A DNA stretch of 42,686 nucleotides from a virus (taxonomy: Duplodnaviria > Caudoviricetes), in the IMG/VR virus record IMGVR_UViG_3300028586_000737, positions 1 to 42,686 of that record. One strand, given 5' to 3'. Of the stretch, positions 35,242 through 42,686 are shown in pieces. How positions within the stretch are numbered: position 1 is the stretch's first letter; every line of letters starts with the position of its first letter. A program made the translations under genes and the position numbers. The notes below the pieces were generated by a model, which searched no databases, was not told where the DNA came from, and saw only the letters and a program-made list of their open reading frames with translations.

Positions 35242-35589
35242 ATGCCTATCCCTACAGACACCGCCGAGTTTCTTGAAGAGCTCAACGGCGGCGCCTTTGC
35301 CAGCCAGATCGGCCACGCCCTCTCCGAAGTAGCGGCAGGCGTTGTCGACCATGGCAAGGCCGGGAAGCTTGTCATCACCCTGGACTTCTCCCAAATCGGC
35401 GAATCCCACCAGGTGAAGATCAAGCACAAGCTCGACTACAAGGTGCCGACCAAGCGCGGTACCCGAAGCGAGAACACCAGCCTCGATACACCGATGCACG
35501 TCGGCTCCGGCGGCAAGATTTCTTTGTTCGCCGAAAAGCACGACCAGCTGTTCTCGCGTGAGCAGGCGCCCATCGTTCCCCGTACCTGA
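35242..35589 (+). CDS. Conserved phage protein (YfdP-like)
   Basis: FLEELNGG.F, ALSEVA..V..HGK.GK, TPMHVG.GG; precedes DUF2303. Confidence 0.8.
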   Translation: MPIPTDTAEFLEELNGGAFASQIGHALSEVAAGVVDHGKAGKLVITLDFSQIGESHQVKIKHKLDYKVPTKRGTRSENTSLDTPMHVGSGGKISLFAEKHDQLFSREQAPIVPRT

Positions 35590-35627
35590 TCCACCGCAGC
35601 ACTCCCCTCCCCACAGAGACCTGACAC

Positions 35628-36443
35628 ATGTCCCTTTCGAAAGAAGCAATTCAACTGATCACCGACACCGCGCTGATCGCAGAAGGCAAAGAGCTGGGCA
35701 CGTATACGCCCACAATTGTGCTGCCTGAAGGCGCGAAGGTCGTGAACCTTGAGCAATACAGTTCGGGCCGCAGTCGCTTTCGTGGCACCTTCTCAACCAG
35801 CTCGCTGCAGGACTTCAGCACCTACGTGATCGATCGCAACGTCGACGATGCCAAAGGCTTCATCAATCAGGATGAAATGAGCTGTTCGGTGCTTTTCAAC
35901 CTGGGCAGCGAGGAAGTGCCAGGCCATGCAGATGACCGCGCCGTGCTGAAGCTAAAGCCCACCGCCGCGTACCAAGCTGTGCAGGCCATCAGCGGGCGCG
36001 CCATGTCTCAGAAGGATATGAGCGACTGGATCGAAGACTGGCACAGCACGCTGACGGCGGTTGGTGATGAGCTGCAGAACATCCCACTGGCCAAAGCCAT
36101 CGCAGCCGTACGCACGATCACGGTTAAGGCGTCTTCGGAAAGCGATCACACCGTCAGCGAGACGCGCGCTAGCCGCAGCGCCATGGATGCCATCGAAGCG
36201 ACCAGCAAAGAAACGCTGCCCACCTCGCTGATCTTCTCGGCCGTGCCCTTCGAAGGCCTGCAGTTGCGCGAGATCATCCTGCGGATCTCGGTCATCACCA
36301 GCGGTGCCCAGCCAGTGCTCAAGCTGCGTTGGGTCGGCGAGGACGTACAACGCGAGGAAATCGCGCAGGAGTTCAAGTCGGTACTGGACGCTCAGATCGG
36401 TGAAGCGGCCAAGCTTGCGCTGGGCTCGTTCAACCCTAACTGA
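35628..36443 (+). CDS. DUF2303 (YfdQ) family protein
   Basis: R.RFRG.FST.S..DF, FNLG...PGHAD, WIEDW, PFEGL. Confidence 0.85.
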   Translation: MSLSKEAIQLITDTALIAEGKELGTYTPTIVLPEGAKVVNLEQYSSGRSRFRGTFSTSSLQDFSTYVIDRNVDDAKGFINQDEMSCSVLFNLGSEEVPGHADDRAVLKLKPTAAYQAVQAISGRAMSQKDMSDWIEDWHSTLTAVGDELQNIPLAKAIAAVRTITVKASSESDHTVSETRASRSAMDAIEATSKETLPTSLIFSAVPFEGLQLREIILRISVITSGAQPVLKLRWVGEDVQREEIAQEFKSVLDAQIGEAAKLALGSFNPN

Positions 36444-36454
36444 TCACCACACCA

Positions 36455-36670
36455 TTATTCAGCGGGCGTCTTGCTCAGGGACCCCGCTGCCAATGCGTGA
36501 GCTATATGAATCTCCTTTTTTATCGCCGCTGAATACGGTCCACCGCTGGTCTCACTGACGTCTTGTTCAGCTAATTCCAGCAGCTTGTCTACATCGACAT
36601 TATTTTTCGAAGCGGCGCGGATGAGAGATACCAGCGCTTGCTGACGTGAATGTTCGCGATCAGTAGACAT
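36455..36670 (-). CDS. Hypothetical protein (antisense insert)
   Basis: AGGAG RBS; 71 aa, helical. Confidence 0.6.
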   Translation of the reverse strand: MSTDREHSRQQALVSLIRAASKNNVDVDKLLELAEQDVSETSGGPYSAAIKKEIHIAHALAAGSLSKTPAE

Positions 36671-36812
36671 TTGTTTCTCCTGTTACGGCCCCGTGCCCGT
36701 CACCCGTAATACCCCATACCAACCCAATTTGCCACCACCGGACACGGCGGGCGTCGCATGCAAGGGAGACCGTGATTGACCGCTCGGCTCAAAGTGCGAG
36801 CAAGTCCCGGTC

Positions 36813-36980
36813 CTAATCCGACAACGCCTGGCGCCAGGCGCGCACGGCTCGATCATGCCGTTCGTTAGCAGCCTTCCAAGCGTTGCCGTACCTCTCATTC
36901 CGCCTCACCAATTCCATCACAGCTCTGATAGACAGCCGTAACTCTGCAGACGCCAACTCGATTCTGCACGTGTAATTCAT
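36813..36980 (-). CDS. Hypothetical protein (antisense insert)
   Basis: 55-aa helical ORF MNYTCRIEL... Confidence 0.4.
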   Translation of the reverse strand: MNYTCRIELASAELRLSIRAVMELVRRNERYGNAWKAANERHDRAVRAWRQALSD

Positions 36981-37058
36981 GGCTACGTACCCATCGCACG
37001 TTCGAATTCCTAATCGACAGATCCAGCACATGGTAGTTCTGAGAAGCTAATCAACGGT

Positions 37059-37259
37059 TCAAACCGTCGCCACCGCATCAGCCGCCAGCTCAATCTCGTA
37101 TATCGCAGCTGATGATCGGCGAGGATTCCGGCCCGCGCCAGCGATCAAGCGTTCCGCCGCCGCTTCTGTCAGCTCATCGATATCAAAGCCCTGATCCGCC
37201 GCTGTGGCCATCACAGCCTTCAGCGCCGCTAACAACGCTACTTCCCTGCCTTCGCTCAT
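37059..37259 (-). CDS. Hypothetical protein (antisense insert)
   Basis: AAGGAGG RBS; resembles 36455-36670. Confidence 0.65.
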   Translation of the reverse strand: MSEGREVALLAALKAVMATAADQGFDIDELTEAAAERLIAGAGRNPRRSSAAIYEIELAADAVATV

Positions 37260-37332
37260 CTGTATCCCTCCTTGTGGAGCGGAGAGCGTAGACCATTTCC
37301 CTGATTGAAGCCGCCACCGGCAAGGATGAACT

Positions 37333-39372
37333 ATGTCCGCTCACCAGAAGAAACATCCCTTCGATTTCAAAACCCAGTACGGCCTTGGCTTCAACCCGCA
37401 AGACGATGAGATCGTTGTGGACTTCTTCTGCGGTGGCGGCGGCGCCGGTACCGGGCTGGAAATGGGGCTTGGGCGCACCGTCAACGTGGCCAAGAACCAC
37501 AGCGCTGCGGCCATCAGCATGCACACGGTGAATCACCCAGGCGCGAAGCATTTCACGACCGATGTGTTCGACGGCGACCCGGACACAGAGTGTGGCGGCA
37601 AGGCCGTGGGCTGGTTCCACATGTCACCGGACTGCACGCACCACAGCCAGGCAGCCGGCGGCCAGCCGCGCAAGCGTGAGATTCGCAACCTGTCGTGGAT
37701 CGGCCTCAAGTGGGCGGGCAAGAAGAAGCCGCGCGTCATCAGCCTGGAGAACGTGAAGCAGATCCTGCAGTGGGGGCCGCTGGTGGCAAAGCGATGTGCC
37801 GTGACTGGCCGGGTCGTGAAGTTGGGCGGCGGCATCGCTGAGCCGGGCGAAGTGGTTCCGGTGGGCCAGCAGTTTCTGGTACCGAACCCGAAGCAGCGCG
37901 GTACGACCTGGCGCCGCTTCGTCGCGCTGCTGGAAGGCATGGGATATTCAGTCGGATGGCGCGTTATTCGGGCCTGCGACTTCGGTGCGCCAACCAGCCG
38001 CGAACGCTTGTTTATGATCGCCCGGTGCGACGGCCAGCCCATCGTGTGGCCTGAGCCCACTCACGCCAAAAACCCCGCCAAGGACCAACAGAAATGGAAA
38101 ACGGCCGCTGACTGCATCGATTTCAGCGACCTCGGCAAAAGCATTTTCGGCCGCAAGAAAGACCTGGCCCCCGCTACGCTGCGCCGGGTTGCCAAGGGCA
38201 TGAGGAAGTTCGTCATCGACAACCCGGCCCCGTTCATCGTACCGATCGCCAACTGGTCAGGTGAGGCAGTGCAATCGGCGCTCGAACCGCTGCGCACGAT
38301 CACCTCCTACCCAAAGGGAGGCGCCTTCTCTGTAGTCAGCCCTGTCATTGCACCGGCAACACACCAGGGCAGCGATCGTATAAACGACCCGCTTGACCCG
38401 CTGCCTACGGTGACCTGCGCGAACCGGGGAGAGCTCACTCTGATCAGTCCTACCCTGATCCAGTCCGGGTACGGCGAGCGCCAAGGCCAAGCGCCGCGCG
38501 TACCAGGGATTGATCAGCCGTTAGGCACCGTAGTCGCAGGGGGAATTAAGCACGCCCTGACCAGCTCAGTGCTTGTCGGAGCTGGCGGGCCGGTATATGC
38601 CGGCCATCCAGTGTCGGCCGACAAACCAGTGGGAACGCTGATGACGCGGAGTCATCGCGCAGTGGCCACAGCATTTATGGCTCAGATGAATGGCGGGTTT
38701 AACACAACGCACGCCAAGGGCGCCGATGAGCCCATGACCACGGTGACGAACACGGGTAGTCAACAACAACTGGCCGTGGCGAACCTGGTGCACCTGCGCG
38801 GCAACTGCGATGCACGGGACGTGAATGATCCGCTGCACACCATCAGCGCCGGCGGCCAGCACCACGGATTGGTCACGGCATTCATGGAGCGCCAGTTCGG
38901 CGCCAGCATCGGCCAGGCTCTGGACGAACCGGCGCCTACCATTACTGCGGGCGGCGGCGGGAAAAGCTCGGTCGTGTCCCTGAGGCTTTCGCCAGAGCAT
39001 GAGGAAGGCGCTCTGCGGGTCGCAGCATTTCTGATCAGCTACTACGGCACAGAGAACGTAAGCGGCGCCGGGGAGCCAGCGCCCACGATCACGACCAAGG
39101 ATCGCTTAGCGCTGGTCACCGTCATGGTCAAGGGCACGCCCTACGTGATCGTCGACATCTGCCTGCGGATGCTCAAACCGGCCGAGCTGTACAAGGCTCA
39201 GGGATTCCCGGCCGACTACGTCATCACCCACGGCGCAGACGGCAAACCGTTCACAAAAACCCAGCAGGTGCACATGTGCGGCAACAGCGTCAGCCCGCCG
39301 CCGATGGCAGCACTTGCTCGGGCAAATGACCCTTGGCGCGTTGCGAATGAGCAGGCGGCAACTGCGGCATAA
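37333..39372 (+). CDS. C5 cytosine DNA methyltransferase, large phage type
   Basis: DFFCGGGG (I), SPDC (IV variant), LENV (VI), PTSRERL (VIII), RML...EL..AQGFP (IX), CGNSV (X). Confidence 0.92.
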   Translation: MSAHQKKHPFDFKTQYGLGFNPQDDEIVVDFFCGGGGAGTGLEMGLGRTVNVAKNHSAAAISMHTVNHPGAKHFTTDVFDGDPDTECGGKAVGWFHMSPDCTHHSQAAGGQPRKREIRNLSWIGLKWAGKKKPRVISLENVKQILQWGPLVAKRCAVTGRVVKLGGGIAEPGEVVPVGQQFLVPNPKQRGTTWRRFVALLEGMGYSVGWRVIRACDFGAPTSRERLFMIARCDGQPIVWPEPTHAKNPAKDQQKWKTAADCIDFSDLGKSIFGRKKDLAPATLRRVAKGMRKFVIDNPAPFIVPIANWSGEAVQSALEPLRTITSYPKGGAFSVVSPVIAPATHQGSDRINDPLDPLPTVTCANRGELTLISPTLIQSGYGERQGQAPRVPGIDQPLGTVVAGGIKHALTSSVLVGAGGPVYAGHPVSADKPVGTLMTRSHRAVATAFMAQMNGGFNTTHAKGADEPMTTVTNTGSQQQLAVANLVHLRGNCDARDVNDPLHTISAGGQHHGLVTAFMERQFGASIGQALDEPAPTITAGGGGKSSVVSLRLSPEHEEGALRVAAFLISYYGTENVSGAGEPAPTITTKDRLALVTVMVKGTPYVIVDICLRMLKPAELYKAQGFPADYVITHGADGKPFTKTQQVHMCGNSVSPPPMAALARANDPWRVANEQAATAA

Positions 39373-39373
39373 C

Positions 39374-39478
39374 TCATAACCACGGCAATGCCGCCAGCCA
39401 TTCAGTGCAGCGTAGGAGTATCTGAATCAGCAGTTCGATCAGCAGTTGGTACATCAGGTCTGCGATGAGTTGTTTCAT
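39374..39478 (-). CDS. Possible 34-aa hydrophobic peptide
   Basis: MKQLIADLMYQLLIELLIQILLRCTEWLAALPWL read manually; no strong RBS. Confidence 0.45.
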   Translation of the reverse strand: MKQLIADLMYQLLIELLIQILLRCTEWLAALPWL

Positions 39479-39671
39479 GTGGAAGCCCAGCTTTTGACAA
39501 ATATGGGATCCATCGTGCGGCAAGCGTGCAATACGGTGGTGTGGTCTCAAGCGGTGTGAATGCCCTGACTGCTGGCCTGATCATTCTGCGCAACCCCCGC
39601 CGTACCAGATAGCCAGCCTCAACCCTCTCAATCAATTCAATGTCAGCCGCATGTGCGGCAAGGACGAAGTC

Positions 39672-40262
39672 ATGCCAACTGGTTATACAGACGCGATCAA
39701 AAATGGGATCAGCTTCCAAGCCTTTGCCCTCAACTGCGCGCGCGGATTCGGTGCGTGCATCACTCTTCGAGATGAGGCAGGTGGTGGTGAGAGCATCCCT
39801 GATGAGTTCCAGCCCAGTGACTACCACTTCAAGGCGCTGGCGCACTCCAGATCACTTCTTGCGACTCTGGAGTCGATGACGTCTCTGGAGTGCGAGTTTA
39901 AGGCAGCCGCCGAGCATGCAGAATCCGAGCGCCGCCGCTCCGAACGCTTGCAGGAGTTGGGCGACCTACGACAGAAATATGAAGAGATGCTTTTGTGCGC
40001 CGAAGCCTGGACCCCGCCGACCGACGGGCACTCTGGTTTGAAAGAATTCATGGTCAAGCAGATCACCGACAGCATCGCTTGGGACTGTGACACCCAGTTC
40101 TACGACACGCCAGCCGCCCAAGTGTCCGGCTCTGAATGGCTGGAGACCGCCAAGCTGAAAGCAGCGAAAGATATCGAATACCACAAGCAGCAGTGGGCTG
40201 AAGAGCAAAGGCGTACCGCTGAACGTAATGCCTGGGTACGCGACCTTCGCGCCAGCCTATAA
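39672..40262 (+). CDS. Conserved hypothetical phage protein (MPTGYT start)
   Basis: AAGGA RBS; MPTGYT, FAL.CAR.FGA, WTPPT..H..LK.FM..QI. Confidence 0.75.
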   Translation: MPTGYTDAIKNGISFQAFALNCARGFGACITLRDEAGGGESIPDEFQPSDYHFKALAHSRSLLATLESMTSLECEFKAAAEHAESERRRSERLQELGDLRQKYEEMLLCAEAWTPPTDGHSGLKEFMVKQITDSIAWDCDTQFYDTPAAQVSGSEWLETAKLKAAKDIEYHKQQWAEEQRRTAERNAWVRDLRASL

Positions 40263-40309
40263 CCCCCTCCCTATAAAGCCCGCCGGTAACCGGTGGGTGG
40301 AGCATAGCC

Positions 40310-40633
40310 GTGACCAAAGATCAGCTTTCTGGCCTTGGGCCAAAAATCAAGATAGCCATTGAAGCAGGCAAAGAAGCGGCGCTGGCCTGCACCGACGACG
40401 GCGGCAGCGCCAACTGTGATCGGGTTGTTATCCCCATGCCCGGCGTGCGGGAGGCGGCTGTCGCGGGTCTGCCTGGTTATCTACAGCAGCGCAGTGGCTG
40501 GCATCGTCGAGGACTTCATCTCGATACGCCATTTGGCGGCATTGGCAACAGGCGCGCAGCCGGAGTTCAGGCAATGCAGAAATCGCTAAAAGCCCAAGAC
40601 GTCGATTGCTACGTGTACTACCAAATCGATTAA
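40310..40633 (+). CDS. Hypothetical protein
   Basis: GTG start with GGAG RBS; DDGGSANCD motif. Confidence 0.7.
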   Translation: MTKDQLSGLGPKIKIAIEAGKEAALACTDDGGSANCDRVVIPMPGVREAAVAGLPGYLQQRSGWHRRGLHLDTPFGGIGNRRAAGVQAMQKSLKAQDVDCYVYYQID

Positions 40634-40669
40634 CGCCTTCCGCCGCTCAACGCGGCCCGGAGCAATACA

Positions 40670-40912
40670 ATGAGAAAAGTTACCCTCGACGAGTGGGCGG
40701 CGGACCAGTTCCGGACGCCGCCCAGCCTGAACACGCTGCGCAAATGGGCGCGCGAAGGCCGAATAGCGCCAGCCCCCGTCAAGCATGGCCGGAGCTACTA
40801 TGTCGAAGCCGAGGCGCAATACAGCGAGCCCGAAAAACCGATTGTCCGTATTACGGGCGGAAGCCTGATCAGCCGAATAGAGAGTGCACGTAATGGTTCC
40901 AAGGCCGCGTAA
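40670..40912 (+). CDS. xis: Excisionase
   Basis: TL.EWA, PSLNTLRKWAREGRI.PAPVK.GR.YYV; overlaps the int start. Confidence 0.92.
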   Translation: MRKVTLDEWAADQFRTPPSLNTLRKWAREGRIAPAPVKHGRSYYVEAEAQYSEPEKPIVRITGGSLISRIESARNGSKAA

Positions 40913-41996
40913 CGCTGGATCAAAAGACCTCCCGCCTAACTTGTATCGAAAAACCGACAAACGTAACGGGCACACCTACTACACATATCGTGATCCAGTC
41001 ACCGGCCGAATGTTCGGTTTGGGCAAGGATAAGGCCGCAGCAATTATGGAAGCCGTCGCTGCCAATCATGCGGACGTGCTGAGACCAACACTGAGGGAGA
41101 GGCTCGCCGAGCCAGTCGCTTCGCTCGACCGTTTGTTCGCTGATTGGCTTGTTGAGTACGACCTGATCTACCGAGAAAGGGGTCTGAGCGTGCATACAGT
41201 TCGAACTCTCAAAAGTAGGCTCAGGGTGCTCAAGGAAGCCTTCGGCGATAAATACATTCGAAGTGTCCGGACGATGGATATAGCGACGTTCCTCGCCACA
41301 TTCACTAAGGCCGGGAAAGCGCCAATGTCCAAAGCATTGCGGTCGTTGCTACGGGATGTCTTCACAGAAGCCATTGCGGCTGGATGGTGTGACCTGAACC
41401 CAGTCGATGCGACAAAGGCGGCACGGTCAAAAGTGAAGCGCGGGCGCCTAAGTCTCGAGCTTTGGAAAGCAGCTCACGCAGCGACTGACAGGCCCTGGCT
41501 TAAGCGGGCGATGGAGCTTGCTCTGCTCACAGGACAGCGCAGAGACGACATAGGCTCGATGCTGTTCAAGGATGAAGCAGACGGCTTCCTGCATGTCATA
41601 CAATCGAAAACGGGCGCTCGTCTGCGGATCAGTACCAGCCTAAGGCTCGAAGCAATAGACCTTGACCTGTCGAGCGTAATAAAAATGTGCAGAGACCGAG
41701 TGCTTTCGAAGCACTTGGTGCATCACGCAAGAACTGTCGCCGTCGCGAAAGCAGGGAGTCCAGTAAAGCTGAACACTTTGACGCTCGCTTTCGCCGAGGC
41801 CAGGGATAAAGCCGCTGCAGCGCTCGGCATTGATTTAGGCGCGTACCCACCCAGCTTCCACGAAATGCGCTCTCTGTCCGCAAGGCTTCACGCATTAGAG
41901 GGGCGTGATCCTCAGAAGCTACTTGGTCACCGCAACGCAGCGATGACCGAAATGTATAAAGATGGTCGCGGGTCGGAGTGGATTGACGTCGCGTGA
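40893..41996 (+). CDS. int: Lambda-type integrase
   Basis: LPPNLY, YRDP.TGR.FGLG arm domain; TGQRR.D, QSKTG, SFHEMRSL, LLGH, Y. Confidence 0.95.
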   Translation: MVPRPRNAGSKDLPPNLYRKTDKRNGHTYYTYRDPVTGRMFGLGKDKAAAIMEAVAANHADVLRPTLRERLAEPVASLDRLFADWLVEYDLIYRERGLSVHTVRTLKSRLRVLKEAFGDKYIRSVRTMDIATFLATFTKAGKAPMSKALRSLLRDVFTEAIAAGWCDLNPVDATKAARSKVKRGRLSLELWKAAHAATDRPWLKRAMELALLTGQRRDDIGSMLFKDEADGFLHVIQSKTGARLRISTSLRLEAIDLDLSSVIKMCRDRVLSKHLVHHARTVAVAKAGSPVKLNTLTLAFAEARDKAAAALGIDLGAYPPSFHEMRSLSARLHALEGRDPQKLLGHRNAAMTEMYKDGRGSEWIDVA

Positions 41997-42000
41997 TTCG

Positions 42001-42075
42001 TTTTAGGGATATATTGGGGGAATTTTGGGGAGGATTTTATGCCCTTTAAAATCAATCAGTTACGTTATCGTAGTA
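42001..42075. promoter_or_regulatory. Prophage attachment-site arm: three tandem 11-bp arm-type repeats and an IHF site
   Basis: TTTTAGGGATA/TATTGGGGGAA/TTTTGGGGAGG at 42001-42033; AATCAATCAGTTA (WATCAANNNNTTR) at 42050-42062. Confidence 0.7.
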
Positions 42076-42686
42076 TCCTCGACTGCAACATGCCGATCAT
42101 GAACGGCTACGACCTGACACGCGCCATCAGGGCGCGTGAACAGTCTGTGCAGGCCGGTTCCTGCACTGTCTGGGGGTTTACAGCCAATGCCCAGTCAGAG
42201 GAAATACAACGCTGCCTTGAGGCGGGCATGGATGACTGCCTGTTCAAACCTATAAGCCTGAACACGCTCAACGACAGGCTGGCTCGACTGTCACCCCTGC
42301 CTTTATCTGCGCCTGTCCCGGCCTCACCCTTCAACCCGGACAGCGTGGGCAACCTGACCGGCAACCGCCCGGAGATGATCGATCGGCTGCTCGCGCAATT
42401 GCTGCAAAGCAATCAGGAAGATCGGCAAGCACTCGCTGAGCTCATCATCGAAGGTGATCACGGTCTGGTGGGTGAAATGGCGCACAGGATCAAAGGCGCA
42501 GCGAAAATCATCAGCGCACACGCCGTGGTCAAGGTGTGCGATTCACTCGAACAGGCGTGTGAGCTCAAGATGGCGCCCGCACATCTTCAAGAGCGGCATG
42601 TGGCCGTTAACACTGCCATGCTCGAACTTGAACAGGCTTTGACGATGCAATTGGTCAAGAAAGGCGCGGCCAGACGCACTGACTGA
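42039..42686 (+). pseudogene. 3' fragment (partial REC plus HPt) of a host BvgS/EvgS-like hybrid sensor kinase, with a phage-derived N-terminus
   Basis: ILDCNMPIMNGYDL, FTANAQ, AGMDDCLFKP (REC lacking its N-terminal strands); AHRIKGAA HPt histidine. Confidence 0.8.

Larger units (their letters stand above)
1..42075. mobile_element. Lambdoid temperate prophage (siphovirus-like); right end near 42070-42080, left end outside the window
   Basis: Complete ordered modules (int/xis, immunity, replication, Q, lysis, packaging, head, tail); host kinase fragment resumes after the integrase. Confidence 0.95.

Noticed and set aside
35147-35332. 61-aa ORF overlapping the YfdP-like gene
   Set aside because: The Arg-rich N-terminal part may be a real small peptide, but the long overlap and lack of motifs make it unsupported

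Overview
This window holds a nearly complete lambdoid (siphovirus-type, HK97-fold) prophage of about 42 kb. Gene content and style point to a Pseudomonas host (inference). Reading from the right end: att region and integrase/excisionase; the early-left operon on + (LuxR-type HTH gene, DUF2303, a large C5 cytosine methyltransferase); and an immunity region with cro, cI and shared TGCACCAGTGCA operators. Then come replication genes with iterons, a nin-like region holding RusA and a second intact tyrosine recombinase, Q, a hicAB moron, holin/spanins, HNH/terminase/portal/ClpP/capsid, tail genes with a -1 frameshift, an Asp-box tail fibre, a GH19 endolysin and SRAP. The left prophage end is not in the window. 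The prophage appears inserted inside the receiver domain of a host hybrid sensor kinase, and its att region supplies an RBS and in-frame ATG to the REC-HPt remnant. The best candidate for a new system is an AT-rich two-gene cassette in the lambda rexAB position (29604-32296). It pairs an ABC-ATPase/TOPRIM fusion with a Dam-like N6-adenine methyltransferase and is a probable anti-phage system.
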